This document shows, piece by piece, positions 36,691 through 49,965 of a stretch of DNA of 64,000 nucleotides. The stretch lies in contig JBHGNT010000007.1 of NCBI GenBank assembly GCA_043228905.1, positions 1,736,001 to 1,800,000 of the forward strand, read 5' to 3'. Every line of letters starts with the position of its first letter. Position 1 is the stretch's first letter. Below the pieces are notes generated by a model that was not told where the DNA came from, made no database searches, and saw only the letters and a list, made by a program, of their open reading frames with translations. Source of the DNA: Azolla caroliniana (Eukaryota > Plantae > Polypodiophyta). Both the position numbers and the translations under genes were made by a program.

Positions 36691-37628
36691 TGTCACGAAC
36701 ACACTAACCACGAACTTGGACGGAACACGAATGATGGGGCTAAGTGCGTGGAACTTAAGAAGCTGGGAACGACACAAAAGCATGAAGATATAGATAAAGA
36801 TCAAGGAGACAAGATGGGATGAAACAAGAACACTAGATTGATGTGTCAATGGCTAGTGTTGTATCCCCTAAAAGGGACCAAGGAGGTTACAAGTATTTAT
36901 ATTGTGAGTTGAAGTACATGCATTATTCTCCACACCTTCTAGTTCTAGAACTTTCTAGAGATATGTGACTAAAGAGTATTTCTAGATCAAGTACATTATA
37001 TACAAATAAATGTTCATGTCAAAATGATTGAGCATGATATCTTGTTGAGTGAGGTTGCAAGCTCAATCCTTACCAACTATGTATTTTATGTCACTATGTC
37101 GTGACATTATCCTCCCCTTTACGACCGCCTTTTCGAAAGAGTGGCATAGGGGTGAGTGGGAATTGGACACATCAATTTAGTATTGTCGTTTTGTCCCATC
37201 TTGATTTTTATCTCTGTCTTCATGCTCTTGTGTCATTCCTAGCTTCTTAACTTCCACGCTCTTAGCCCCATCATCCGTGCTAAATCCGAGTTCAGGGTTA
37301 GTGTGTCTATGACAGTTTGAATCCCCTAAAAGGGACCAAGGAGGTTACAAGTATTTATATTGTGAGTTGAAGTACATGCATTAGAATATTCTAGAGAAAA
37401 GTGGTACTTGGACGATGAGAGAGGTGCCGAACATTGGAAACTACCCAAATAGAAGTAACGTTTTAGAACCCTCTAGAAACTTCTAGTTCTAGAACTTTCT
37501 AGAGATATATGACATTAAAAGTGTATTTCTAAATCAAATATCAAAATGGTTGAGCATGATATCTTGTTGAGTGAGGTTGTAGGTTCAATCCTCACCAACT
37601 ATGTATTTTATGTCGTTGTGTCGTGACA
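36691..37628 (-). mobile_element. TRIM-like LTR element (family of 25013) with inverted R-U5 in the 5' LTR, inserted in gag
   Basis: 3' LTR 36691-37106; PPT complement ttatcctcccctttac; R-U5 in the opposite orientation from about 37162 to 37314; U3 37317-37628; TSD ggacc/agacc. Confidence 0.85.
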
Positions 37629-38066
37629 AGACCCTTCTCTCAGGAGATCCATAAAGTTGGTTCACACCTTTGGTTGAAACATCATCACCACTTGTAGAAA
37701 AATTTCCTGCTTTCCTAAAAGACTTTTAGGCGGCATTTAGAGATACAGATCGTTGTTGAACAAACCTTACCAAACTCTATTTGTTACATCAAGATAAACA
37801 TCCAATGTCCGTTTATGCCTATCAATTTAGACAATTAGCATGTGATGTTTAGTGGGATGACCACACCCTTTACGACCCTTTTTGTCAGGACCTTTGAAGT
37901 AATGTTAAGAATCTACTGCTGAACTTCTTGGAGCCGACTTCATTATTGCAAACCATCATGCAAGCAATTAGCTTTGACAACCACCTTTTTGAACTTCATT
38001 AAGAGGAACAGACGACTTCCAAGTTGTTGCCCTTTCTCCACCTTAAAACTATGGTACAACCCCAAG

Positions 38067-41000
38067 TGTTACGGGCATGACCATTTAATATCCCGTGGTG
38101 AGAATTTACCGTAGTATTCTATACACGTGGATAAGTGTGAGGGTTAAACGAGAGTGTAAAGAATAGGAGGATTACTTTTAATCCTCGGGATTGAGACGAC
38201 CCATTAGGTCAAGTGTGAACTTGCCTGGGGGCCTTGGGTATCGCTATAAATAAGAGGCCTAGCTACCCTCATTTGAGGATCTTTGGACTACATCGAGACT
38301 CTGCTCTTGTGGTGGGTCAATTCTTGTAGCGAGCGCGCCAGCACCAGGTACGACTCGACGCCACGGCGGTGGTATGGGACGCCGATCGAGGCTCGAGTCC
38401 ATCTCGATCCGACGAACGGACCCGGACGGGAACCGGGCGGAGCGGACTCCCGGATGACCATTCCGGGAGGGAGGAAGAGAGCTGGCCTACGAAGAGGCCG
38501 AGGACACGGTACGTCGGTACCACGGGAGAGGGTGCGGAGTAAACCGCCCTCTCGGCATGTGGAAAAGGACGACCCGGGATAGGGTCGGAAAATACAAATC
38601 GGCGGTCTACGGAGGATCCTTCACACTGATTCTAGAGACTTCGGAAGTCGGCAACGCGGTCGACGTAAGACCAAGATACTGACGGTGGCGGCGAGGTGAC
38701 GAAGGCAAGGGCTACGGATGGGCGGCCTACGGAGGATCCTTCACACCGATTCTAGAGACTTCGGCAGTCGGCAACGCGGTCGACGTAAGACCAAGATACT
38801 GACGGTGGCGGCGAGGTGACGAAGGCAAAAGGGCGTAAGGAAGTCCGGTCCTACGGGATCCCCACTCTTAACCAGAGACTACGACAGTTCGGCCAACGTG
38901 GCAACATGAGACCGAGAGAGAAGGTTGGTGGCGGCGGGAAACGGGACCCGGCTACGCGGAAGACACGAGGAGAGTCCGGGAGGAACTCAAACAAAAGACA
39001 CCCGAATTTCGGCTAGCATAGAAACGGAGTCCGTTCCTATGGGACCCTCACACCGATCCGGAGACCCCGGCAGTTCGGCCAACGTGGCAACGTGAGACCT
39101 AGGGAGAAGGACGGTGGCGGTAGGGAACGGGACCCGACAACACGAGGTAGCGGATAGGGAGCCGGTAAGACGGGCGGACGAAGTGCGAAACCCTCACCGG
39201 CCGGTCTCGGTTTCAGAAGGAGCCGGTAGGGGCGAACACAGGGAGGTGTGTCAGGCCGGAAAGGCACACCTTGGACAGAACAAGAGTCTCGCAAGTGGCC
39301 ATCGCGGGGCGGATCGAAGCGTGACTACGGGAGGGTGTTCGGCGCGGGCAGTGCCAAACAACGGACGGGGGTATGTGGCACACGGAGGTGCCGGAGCGGA
39401 AAGGCGAGCGCGGAGATAGGTTGCGCGGTTCGGAGATAGGAGAAGGCCGGAAAGGGATCCTCCACACCGTTCTGGAGACCATGGCGATTCGAGCCGACGC
39501 GGCGATGTAAGACCATGGAGAAGGAAGGTGGCGGCGAGAGGACGAGGGCAGCGCGAAACGACATGGGACGGCAATCAGGACAACGCGAATGATCAACGGA
39601 GGCCAAACGGGCCACTACGGGCATGCCTCAAGCGGAGGACATCGGGCATACGGTGGGAAGCGGGGCGATCATACGGTCGAACAAGGGCCAGCGAAAGTAC
39701 ACGTACTACGGAGATCCCGGCAGAGGACCCATCGACGGGTCGAACGAGCCTATGGGGAGGTAAGCGCGAAGGAAGAATCGAAGCCGACGGATCAAACCGG
39801 CAACGAGCCGGGATACGGATCACAGAAGACCGGTTTCTCGCCGGCCGAAATCTCTCACCCTTCAACCAGATTTGGCACGTACCGGTGGACGTGCAGTTAG
39901 GTGGGGGCGGATGTCGTGAAGAATTTCGGCCAGAGGCGGAAACCGGGAAACATTGGCTATATCGGCGGGGTGCAGCGTGTGTACGCACCCATGTACATTT
40001 AGTGTGAATATCGAGGGCGCCTTTATGGCGTCGAAGAGTAGTCAAGTCGGGACAGACGATCCCATGTAAGTCGGGATTTATCCCACATTGTAACACATCC
40101 CTCTCCTTGTTCTATAAAAGGAAGGGAACGCTCTTTGTGAAAGGGTTGCCCATTTTGCATTAGAGGGTATACCGTTAGGTTTAGAGTTAGGTTCTTCTTC
40201 TTCTTCTCCCCCTTCGTGTTCGCTTAGTGTTTGCTGCAGCTCATCTCCTGCGCAAGACCCCGCTCGGCGCGACGAGCCCATGAGCTCCCTGACGGCGGCT
40301 TGGCAACAGACAACTACTGTAACCTACCTCAGTTCGGCTCGAAGCCGGGAATGTATTCTTCTTCTAAATATATATATATATATATATATATACGTTTGCG
40401 TCTGTCTGTGTATATTGGCGTCTTTGTTGGTGTCGGGTGCCTCCCCTTTCCGTGTTTCCTGTACATGAGGGCGTGAGTTGTGTGTGTGTGTGCGTGTGTG
40501 TGCTTGAGTCGGTGTTAAGCGCGCGCTCCCTCTCTTTCTCTCTCTCCCTTCGGTCGCTTCCAGTGTTCTTCTGGGATCCCCGGAAACGGTGAAGCACAAC
40601 TTCCTACGCTCCGTCGCTCCCTGGTCCAAGACCCCCGTGGTCCCGCCTTTCTCCACGTACGCGCGTAACAACGCGACAACGTTATAGTAAATCTCCATGG
40701 GGTGCACCAGTTCTCTTGGTAAAAAAGAAAGAGGGCACATGGCGTATGTGTATTAATTACCGACGCTTGAATAAAGTGACGATCAAGAATTCGTACCCAT
40801 TGCCTCGGGCTGACGATCTAATTGACCGTCTCCAGGGAGCTCGGTATTTTACGAAACTTGATCTCCATACTGGCTACCATCAATTACGAATAAGTGAGGA
40901 CGATGTTCCTAAAACGGCATTTTGTATGCGCTATGGCCATTACGAGTTTTTGGTTATGCCTTTTGGTTTGACCAATGCTCCGGCTACTTTTCAACAAGAA

Positions 41001-43805
41001 ATGAATGACATTTTCCGAGAACAACTTGGAAAATTTGTCGTTATTTTCTTGGATGATATTTTAGTTTATAGCCGTACATTAAAAGAACATGCTAGACATG
41101 TCCACTTTGTTTTACAAACATTGCGTGACAAACAGTTTTATGCGAAGATCTCAAAATGTGCGTTCTTCAAGAAATCAATTACTTAGCTAGGACATCTCAT
41201 AACCGAACGAGGAGTTAAAATTGATCCTTCTCGCATTGAGAAAATCAAGCTTTGGCCCATTCTTTGGAATATTTGAGAAGTTCGATCATTCCTTGGTTTT
41301 GTCGGGTTTTTGCGAAAGTTTCTTCGTAATTACTCCCAATTGACGACGTTGTTTACTGATCTCTTAAAAGGTCAAATGCGTAAGTCTACAAAACCTATTG
41401 TGTAGAATGCTACACTAGACCTCGCCTTTAAGGAACTCAAGGACCTGGTTTGCAAGGCTCCTTCACTTCTTTTACCTGATCCTTCAAAACCTTTTGAGGT
41501 TGAAACCGATGCAAGCGATTATGCTATAGGTGATGTCTTGTATCAAGATGGTAAACCAATAGCATTCGAGAGTAAGAAACTTGATTCTGCTCAATGTCGG
41601 TATACCGTTCAAGAAAAGGAATTATTTGCAGTTATACATGCGCTCAAAACATGGCGCCATTATCTTTATGGAAATCGCTTTGTGGTAACTACGGACCACG
41701 AGTCCTTGAAATATTTTTGTGACCAACAAGACCTGAAAGGTCGTAAGGCACGATGGGCTGATCTCATCCAGGACTTTGATTTTTCCATACGATATCGTAA
41801 AGGTTCCATGAACACTGTCATTGATGCACTAAGTCGCATCCGTGAAGTTAACATGCTTAGCTTCACTGAAATAACATCAGATCTTTATGATCACCTTCGA
41901 GGAAAGTATCCTGATGACAGTTATTTTGCAAAATACTGGGCAAGAGTTGAGTCTGGAATAGACACCACATCCTCGAAGGAATACTTCCACATTGCTAACG
42001 GTTTGCTCTAACGTAATGGGAAGGTTTGTGTTCCAGATTTACCCGAGGTCAAAAAGAGGATTCTTTTTTAATGCCATGATGCACCCTCAGCAGGGCACCC
42101 TGAAATAAATCGTACGCTCGTTCTCATCTCCACTCAATTTTATTGGCCTAAGATGCGTCCTGACATACATAGTTATGTGACTAAATGTCACCAGTGTCAG
42201 GTTAACAAAGCCGAGCGACTTAAAGCCGCAGGACTTTTACATCCCTTGGACATTCCCAATAATAACTGGGAAAGTATATCCATGGATTTTATTGTTAGTC
42301 TTCCTCGCACCCAAAAAGGTCATGATGCCATATGGGTTGTCGTTGATCGACTAACTAAAATGGCCAGATTTATTGCTACTAAAACCACGGTAACAGCTCC
42401 TGAATTGGCTTACCAATTCGTTGACGAATTATTTTGTTTTTATGGGTTACCGATGGATATCGTGAGTGATCGAGATCCAAAGTTTACTAGTGACTTCTGG
42501 ACGCAAGTCTTTAAGAAGTTAGAAACTACGTTGAGCATGAGCTCCACAGATCATCCTCAATCCGATGGATAGACAGAACGAGTAAATCAAATTATTGAGG
42601 ACATGCTTCGAGCATACGTTGGTGCAAAACCAACAAAATGGGAACGTTATCTCCCAATTTTGGAGTTTGCTTATAACAGCTCCAAGCATACGTCGACGGG
42701 ATATAGTCCTTTTATGTTGATGTATGGTTTTCAACCACGAGCCCCAATTGATGTTAATATACATCATGATGAGTTGCAAAGTACGCAAAACTTTCTTCGG
42801 GATATGCAAGATATGTTGCATATTGCACGAGATAATATAAAAACAGCTCAAGATAGAGTGCGTTTTTATGCCTACCATCATAGGCAACCTCGTGTATTCA
42901 ACCCTGGACAGAAGGTATTTTTACGTGTACCTCACACTTCTAAGACATTTTCTACGGGTAAGTGCGCTAAGTTAGCCCCACGGTTTTGTGGACCTTTTAC
43001 AGCCCTCAAACGCATTGGGTCATCAGCCTATCGTCTTGCTCTTCCCGATGGTGTTGGAATTCATCCAGTCTTCCATGTGAGTCGTCTAAAAGAACTTCTA
43101 GGTTCTGGCGACAACACAATTACAACTGAAACTCTGGTTACTTCTGAAGATTTATCTTCGAAACCACATGTACTTGAAAGAATTCTCGATGTTAAAACAA
43201 AAAAGTTACATACTAAAGAAATCTGAAAATTTAAAATTAAATGGATGGACAAATCTATCAAAGATGCCACATGGGAACACGAGAATACTCTAAGAACAAA
43301 CTTCCCTAACTTTCCATTGCAAGACTGCAATGTTTTAAAGAAGGGGAGTATGTTACGGGCATGACCATTTAATATCCCGTGGTGAGAATTTACCGTAGTA
43401 TTCTATACACGTGGATAAGTGTGAGGGTTAAACGAGAGTGTAAAGAAGGGGAGGATTACTTTTAATCCTCGGGATTGAGACAACCCATTAGGTCAAGTGT
43501 GAACTTTCCTGGGGGCCTTGGGTATCATTATAAATAAGAGGCCTAGCTACCCTCGTTTGAGGATCTTTGGACTACATCGAGACTCTGCTCTTGTGGTGGG
43601 TCAACTCTTGTAGCGAGTGCGCCAGCACCAGGTACGACTCGACGCCACGGCGGTGGTATGGGACGTCGATCGAGGCTCGAGTCCGTCTCGATCCCTTCTC
43701 TCGGGGGTGGTCGGGTGGATCGACACCCTTCTTTCTCTTTCTCCTTTCTATCTATCATTAGTTTATCCTTATCTTAAGCTTACTTTAGTACCTAGATCTC
43801 TAATA
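38067..43805 (+). mobile_element. Second Ty3/gypsy chromovirus nested in the first; gag/protease deleted
   Basis: 5' LTR 38067-38410 (truncated) matches 3' LTR 43351-43805; perfect TSD ccaag; PPT aagaaggggagta. RT ([21 protein letters not shown]), RNase H, integrase (SISMDFI, GPF) and chromodomain-like end (ERILD..KW..DATWE). Confidence 0.92.
38411..40678 (+). mobile_element. 3' half of a GC-rich LTR retrotransposon (internal 3' region + LTR 39912-40678)
   Basis: PPT ggtgggggcgga followed by TGTCGTG...CGCGACA; TATA near 40113. Host RT resumes immediately after (acgtt atagtaaatctccatgg). The left end was lost by deletion. Confidence 0.75.
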
Positions 43806-44630
43806 CCAAGTGCCTGTGAGATCTCGTCCAACGTCGTCAGTCAATGATCTTATACTAATGGAAATTGATCAAGCTCAAGCCCTACTCATCGCGGTTGAAA
43901 GACACTATTGATGAGCCAATGAGTTATGTTTATATTGTGGCGTCTCTACCCATCTAATTCATTTTAGCCCACTCAAAAACAATTTGCGACGAGTCTATCC
44001 GAACAATCCAATTTGTGAATCCCAACAATCGGAAAACAATGGTGTCCAACTACAATAAGAGCCATGCAGTTGGACAACAAATATTCATGTTACTCTCACA
44101 GCAAACAATTTCTCCTTTGAGGCAACTCTCCATTTCCAGTCTATTTCAATTCAATTCTTAGTGTTACTCGATTCCAGGGCAACGACTTGTTTTATGAGTG
44201 AAACGTTCGTTTGAAAACACAACTTTGCGGTTGTCTTGTTTTCAAAGCCTATCCCAATAGAACCTATCGACGAATGAATGCTCTCCTTTGGCGCAGTCAC
44301 GGAAACCACGGTCCCACTCATTTTGCACCTCGGGACCCATCGGGAAGCCTTATCATTTTACCTCATCACGTCACCGCGACATCCAATCATACTTGGGTTG
44401 TCTTGGCTGAAAGCCAATAACCCTATTATAGATTGACGCAACCAGTCCCGTACTTTTAAACCGCGAACTCATATGGAGGTTGGAGTGGCTTCCCATGTTG
44501 GTGCCACGTCAGAATGGCCCAAATCGTTTTCTGTCGATCACTCCTCTATTCATGTAGGAAATGGTTCCAACTCAGATGCTCACGTCCTAGTTGTAACACA
44601 CTCCATCTCAATGGAAATGACTAAGAGTTA

Positions 44631-44749
44631 AGTATCTAGGCTTTGGTTCCCATGAAAACCACTCTCGACGAGTATCTGGGCTTTGGTTCCCATGAAAACC
44701 ACTCTCGACGAGTATTTAGGCTTTGGTTCCCATGAAAACCACTCTCGAC
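44631..44749. repeat. 40-bp tandem triplication inside chromovirus pol
   Basis: agtatctgggctttggttcccatgaaaaccactctcgacg x3. Confidence 0.95.
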
Positions 44750-45383
44750 TTACTCCCGTGAATAAAAGCAACATTTCATACACGATATGAACACTTTCAG
44801 TATAGGGTAATCATGCATTTTGAACTCACCAATGCTCTAACTATTTTTCAACATATGATCAACGATATATTTTGAAAATATCTTGATCACTTTGTCTTTA
44901 TATACCTTGATAACATTCTTGTCTTCTCGTCGAGCATTGAAGAGCATACTCACCAAATTCGATTCATTCTCTCCAAACTTAGGGAGCATGGCCTCTATGC
45001 CAAGAGCGAAAAATGTGAGTTTGATCACAATTATGTAGAATTTCTTGGTTATGTTATCTCACCCTAGGGCATCACCATGGATCCATGGAAAATCAAGACT
45101 ATCCAAGAATGGGCCAATTTGAAATGAGTAAAGGATGTCCAATCATTCCTTGGTTTTGCGAATTTCTATTGACAATTTATCAAGGGGTTCTCCATCATAG
45201 TAAAACCCTTGATTGAGGTTACTCATAAAGGGATACCAATTCAATGGACTCCGACTGCTCAAAACTCTTTTGACCTACTCAAGGAAGTTTTTATTAGTGC
45301 TCTAGCCTTCCTTCACGTTGACCCCACTCCTTCTCAAGTTGAAACAAATGCCTCTGACTTTGCCATTGGTTGCATCTTATCCT

Positions 45384-45702
45384 TGTTGGAGTTTGAGACT
45401 GTCGGTGAGGAAACAAAACAACATCTATGTTAAGATGATCACCAAGTTAGCAAGTTAAAACAAGATCAAGGAGACATAGTGTGAGAAAGAGAGGCAAAGA
45501 GGCACACAATGAAACTGTGTTATTAAAACTCGAAGTTACAACAAAATGGAGGCAACAACAACAACATGAACTAGGTTACAACACAAGTTATATACCAATT
45601 GGGCTAGGGCAATTGCCCTTTGACATATTTACAGAATTATCCTAAACCTAGTCTGTCCTAAGGAACAATGTGAATGCAACCATTATACAACTGTTTTCGA
45701 TA
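45384..45702. mobile_element. Solo LTR inserted in the RNase H region
   Basis: TGTTGG start, degenerate end, TSD atcct/atccc; removing it restores GCILSQPNDDG. Confidence 0.75.
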
Positions 45703-47963
45703 ATCCCAACCCAATGATGATGGCATCCTACATCTGGTGGCATACTACTCCCGAAAATTCACAACTCCATAAATCAACTATCCCATCTATGACAAGGAGC
45801 TCGTTGCTATCATTGTAGCTTTCATAAAGTGGAGGTCTTACTAGGCTAGGGCACAACATTGGGTTCAACTAATAACAAATCATAAAAAATTATTGTATTT
45901 CTCAACAACCGTTCTTTGAATCAACAACAAGCTCGTAGGTCAACTTTCTTAGCCGACAGTGACTTTAAAATTTTCACGATGCTCGGATTTCAAGTTGATC
46001 CCAAAGGATGATGCCTATGCTCAACAATCTCAATGTTTGTTAAAACCAAACCAATTCCAGCTCTTCGCAACATGCATGCTACATAACGATTCTTTGCTTG
46101 AGGAGATAGCCAAAGCACTTCCCACCGGAAAATTCGCCAATGAAATTAACTTAAAGGAAGATCCTATTGATCTGTCTAAAACAAAGATCAAGGAAGACCT
46201 TAATCGTTTCATATTTGATGGGGGACTCATTTACCGTGACCATCTCTTACATGTTCCACATGGCCGGTGTCGAACTCAAGTTCTCCAAAAGTGTCATGAC
46301 GACCCATTGGTTGGCCATTTTGGAGCCACAATGACCCTGGAATTAATCTTGGGAGGATATTGGTGGCCTCAATCATGGAACTTCGTTAAGGAATTCATCA
46401 CTTGACATGTGATACTTGTGCTCGATCCAAAGTTTCCCACCACATGCCATACGGTTTGCTCCAACCACTTCCCATTCAAAATCGGCCTTGGGCATCTATT
46501 TCCATGGATTTCATCATTGACTTGCCTCTAGTCCATGGATATGATGCAATGCTCGTCATGGTAGATCAATTTATGAAGATGGCTCATTTTGCCCCCTATG
46601 CAAAGACTATTTTAGTAGAAGTAACAATTGATCTATTTTTAAAGAATGTGGTATAGCTTCATGGGGTACTAAATGATGTCACCTTAGATTAGTGGCCCCA
46701 ATTTGTCTCTCATTTTTAGCGACAACTCCTTCAAACACTTGGCACAACAATGAATTTGACCTTGCTCTATTATCCTCAAACCGGTGGCCAAACTGAGCGG
46801 TTGAACCAAATTCTAGAGCAATACCTTTGGTGCTCACTTAGCTACCCACAAGCTGATTGGATTGACTTCCTACCACTAGTAGAGTTCACATATAATAATA
46901 CGCTACATGGTTCAATCGGGGTCACCCTATTTTTTTACAACTATGGTTTCCATCCTCATTTCAATATCTCCATCCCTGGTAACTTTGTCAACCCTTCATC
47001 GGAAGCATGTGCCCATACTTTAGCGGAAATTCATCAAGACCTCGCCCTCAAGCTCATCCTGGTAGGGGACCGGTACAAAGCGCAAGCTGATTGAAATCAT
47101 TCAGCCACACCCGCCTTTGCAGTTAGTTATCAAGTCTAGCTCTTACGTCACCATGTCAACACTACTTGACCTTGCGAAAAGTTGGACTACAAGAAGTTGG
47201 GGCCTTTCTGCATCATTGAGCGTTACATCAACCCTGTCACTTTTTGGCTAGAACTTCCCCGACATTTCTGGATTCATAATGTCTTCCATGCCTTTCTCAT
47301 TTAACCTCATCATCCATCCACCATTCCCAGAAGACACTCTCCACCTCCACCTCCAATCGAGCTTTCCATAGGTGAGGAGTATGAGGTTGACAAGATTTTG
47401 GACTCTTGTTGGCATCAACGACAACTTCAATACCTGGTCCTATGGAAGAGGTACCCCATTTCAGAGGCAACTTGGGAACCAACCCAACACTTGGAGAATG
47501 CACTGGATGTTGTTCATGCATTTCATCACCAATATTCACAAAAACCAGGGCATCTTAGGGCAGCCTTAGTAGGAGGAAAATGTCATGGACATGACAACAA
47601 TCACATGTCAAGATTCAAATTATTAACCTCATGTATTATAATCAATTGCTATGTTTTAACCAGCACATCCAATACATGGCAATGTTATATATCTTAGTAG
47701 ATTATCTATTTCCACGTGCAAGGAGTTTTTAGAAACTTTGAGAAAGCTCCAGAAGCTTGTGCATGAGAATAGGTCTCTGTATGGAACTACATTTAGAGCC
47801 CACAAACATGTATAAATACCAGTTACAGAACAATGTGAACAATGACAGTTACAGAATCCAATATTCTACTTTGTCTATCTCTTACTTCTTGCTTCTCTTT
47901 CTATCTCTCAGTATCTTACCTTTCGCCTAGCTTTGTTTTGCTCTACTCTATCTGTCTGTGACA

Positions 47964-48450
47964 TTTTGTGGGTTTCAAGTATGGGGTGGTACCATCCCTA
48001 AGGCAACTTGGAAAGAGTTTGAAAATGCTCAAAAGCACTTCCTTGGGAAGTTAGTTTGCCACAAAAGCCATGCATGCTTCTACTTCTTGAGACCATATTA
48101 CTTCCCATTAAGAACATGGCTATAGAAAAGGTGATTGTTTACATGCTTAAGGTCTCTAAAAAAACATCACATCAACTTCCGAGGCTTGCATGGGGGAGCA
48201 AGTAAAAAAAATCAAGACACACAAAAGCAAACTTTTGAATTTTTTTATGAATGGAAGATATGAAGAAATGGTTTGGAAATTAGCATTCGTCACGTCTACT
48301 TTAATAATGATGAATCAATAGATTCCTTTGTGAATGAAGCTTTTTTGCAATGTTGATGTATCACAACTTAGGAATATGTGGAGGATCACGTTTCATGCAC
48401 TATATTATATATGTTGCACCAAATAATAGACGAACTTTTTTTGTCAGAAC
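47964..48450 (+). mobile_element. RTE-like LINE remnant, right part
   Basis: Continues the frame from 34815 (FQVWGG..WKEFE..QKHFL..ET..LPI); right end approximate. Confidence 0.55.
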
Positions 48451-48459
48451 TGGAAAGTT

Positions 48460-48706
48460 ATGCTTCAATGCAAGTTAATTTGCATTCTCTCGATACGAGA
48501 CAGGTCGTTGGGGTACAAGTGAGGAGACTCATCAACTAGACATATTTTGCCTTGGCACATAGAGAAACCCAAGTATCACACCATTGCTTCAATGGAGGTT
48601 AGCTTGTATTCTCTCTATATGAGACAGGTTGTTCGGACACAACTGAGGAGATTCATCATCTATGCATATTTTGCCCAAGCACATGCGGGAATCTGAGTAT
48701 CACACT
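48460..48706. repeat. Diverged tandem dimer with a unit of about 124 bp
   Basis: tgcttcaatg..tattctctc..gagacagg..tgaggaga..catattttgcc..agtatcacac occurs twice. Confidence 0.8.
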
Positions 48707-49915
48707 TAGATACAATGTATAGGATTAGATTATCATCGACTTTACTTTCCACACATTATCAATCCAACATACTCACCACACACATTTCTCTCATTATCAT
48801 AATGTGTACTATCAATTGCAACACTATCAATAAAATTCTTGAACTCTCGAATGCAATGTTCATCGCTACTCATTCCCACACCTATCTAAAAATGATTGAA
48901 CTTTTATCCCATAGGTCATAATATTTCACCGGCACTAATGATAACAACTCCCTCTCCCTCTCTCTCTAGGATGAGAGTGAGATCAATGTTATTCAATGTT
49001 ATGGAGGTATAAGTATTGCTTTATGGAGTGGAAGTATGGGTAATGCTATCTCATTGAATGCATGGAATGAAATTGAGAAAATTAAATAATCATTCTTGCC
49101 TCGACAATTAAGAGTTAAATGCTTGCCATCCTACCCTATTATGTTATTATTAGAAATACTTGTTCAGCCCATAAAGGTGCTCAATAGGGATGTGAAGAGT
49201 ATAAAATTATATTGATAGTCAAGAATATGCCTTAGAGAAAATTGCCAAAATAGGCTTGGAACATGGGATGCAATGTCAAAAAACTCATAAGAGCAAAATC
49301 CTTTCAAGGAGTAGAAGATCTAATGGAGCTCTTTGGTGATCCTATGAAGTATTGGGAATATATTACTACTACTAGAGTCACTAAGGATAAAGTGGCAAGA
49401 TACTAAAAACTCAAATTTTGTATATTACATTGCAAATACCACCCCCCTCCCCTCCCCAACACAAAGAGAAATGCCAAAATGTATCCAATCGCATCCCACT
49501 ACCCGCATGCACCTTGGTTCTTGGAGAGGCATAACACTTCTTCAAACTCCCTCACACAAGTGTTGAGGTCGTGCCATGGCATCATTACCCAAATATGAAG
49601 ATATGCAAAGCATGCAATGAAAACCTAGTGGAAGACGAATATCACGTACTTACGCAGGCTCATCGTATAAGGTAATTTGTGAGAAATATGATGACTTGTA
49701 AGATAGCATGATAATGTGTGTGTCAAACTCAAAATTCCACCAAGTAGGGTGAGCACATATGTGTGCGCATTATTTTCACATCCAGAGTTTCCACTGTAGA
49801 GCAATAACCCCCTTTCTTAAGGAGTCATAGACAAGATGATATGTTGACTTGGTCCCACAGGTAAAATTTGGCCTCATCATGGACAATAAAATAGCTTTTC
49901 CATTCTATTCTGTAA

Positions 49916-49962
<47 letters not shown>
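49916..49962. repeat. (TG)n microsatellite
   Basis: Direct reading. Confidence 0.95.

Positions 49963-49965
<3 letters not shown>

Larger units (their letters stand above)
34816..47963 (+). mobile_element. Ty3/gypsy chromovirus (Tf1/Tcn1-like), degenerate, with nested insertions
   Basis: 5' LTR 34816-36288 (interrupted), 3' LTR 47581-47963, TSD ctttg/ttttg, PPT agtaggaggaaaa. Coding remnants: gag (LPDKFNG..F.GFINQ), zinc-knuckle remnant near 43925, RT (IYLDNILVFS), RNase H (ETNASDFAIG, YYSRKF, YDKEL), integrase (HDDPLVGHFG, SISMDFI, GQTERLNQ) and chromodomain (EEYEVDKILD..YLVLWK.YP..EATWEP). Confidence 0.92.
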
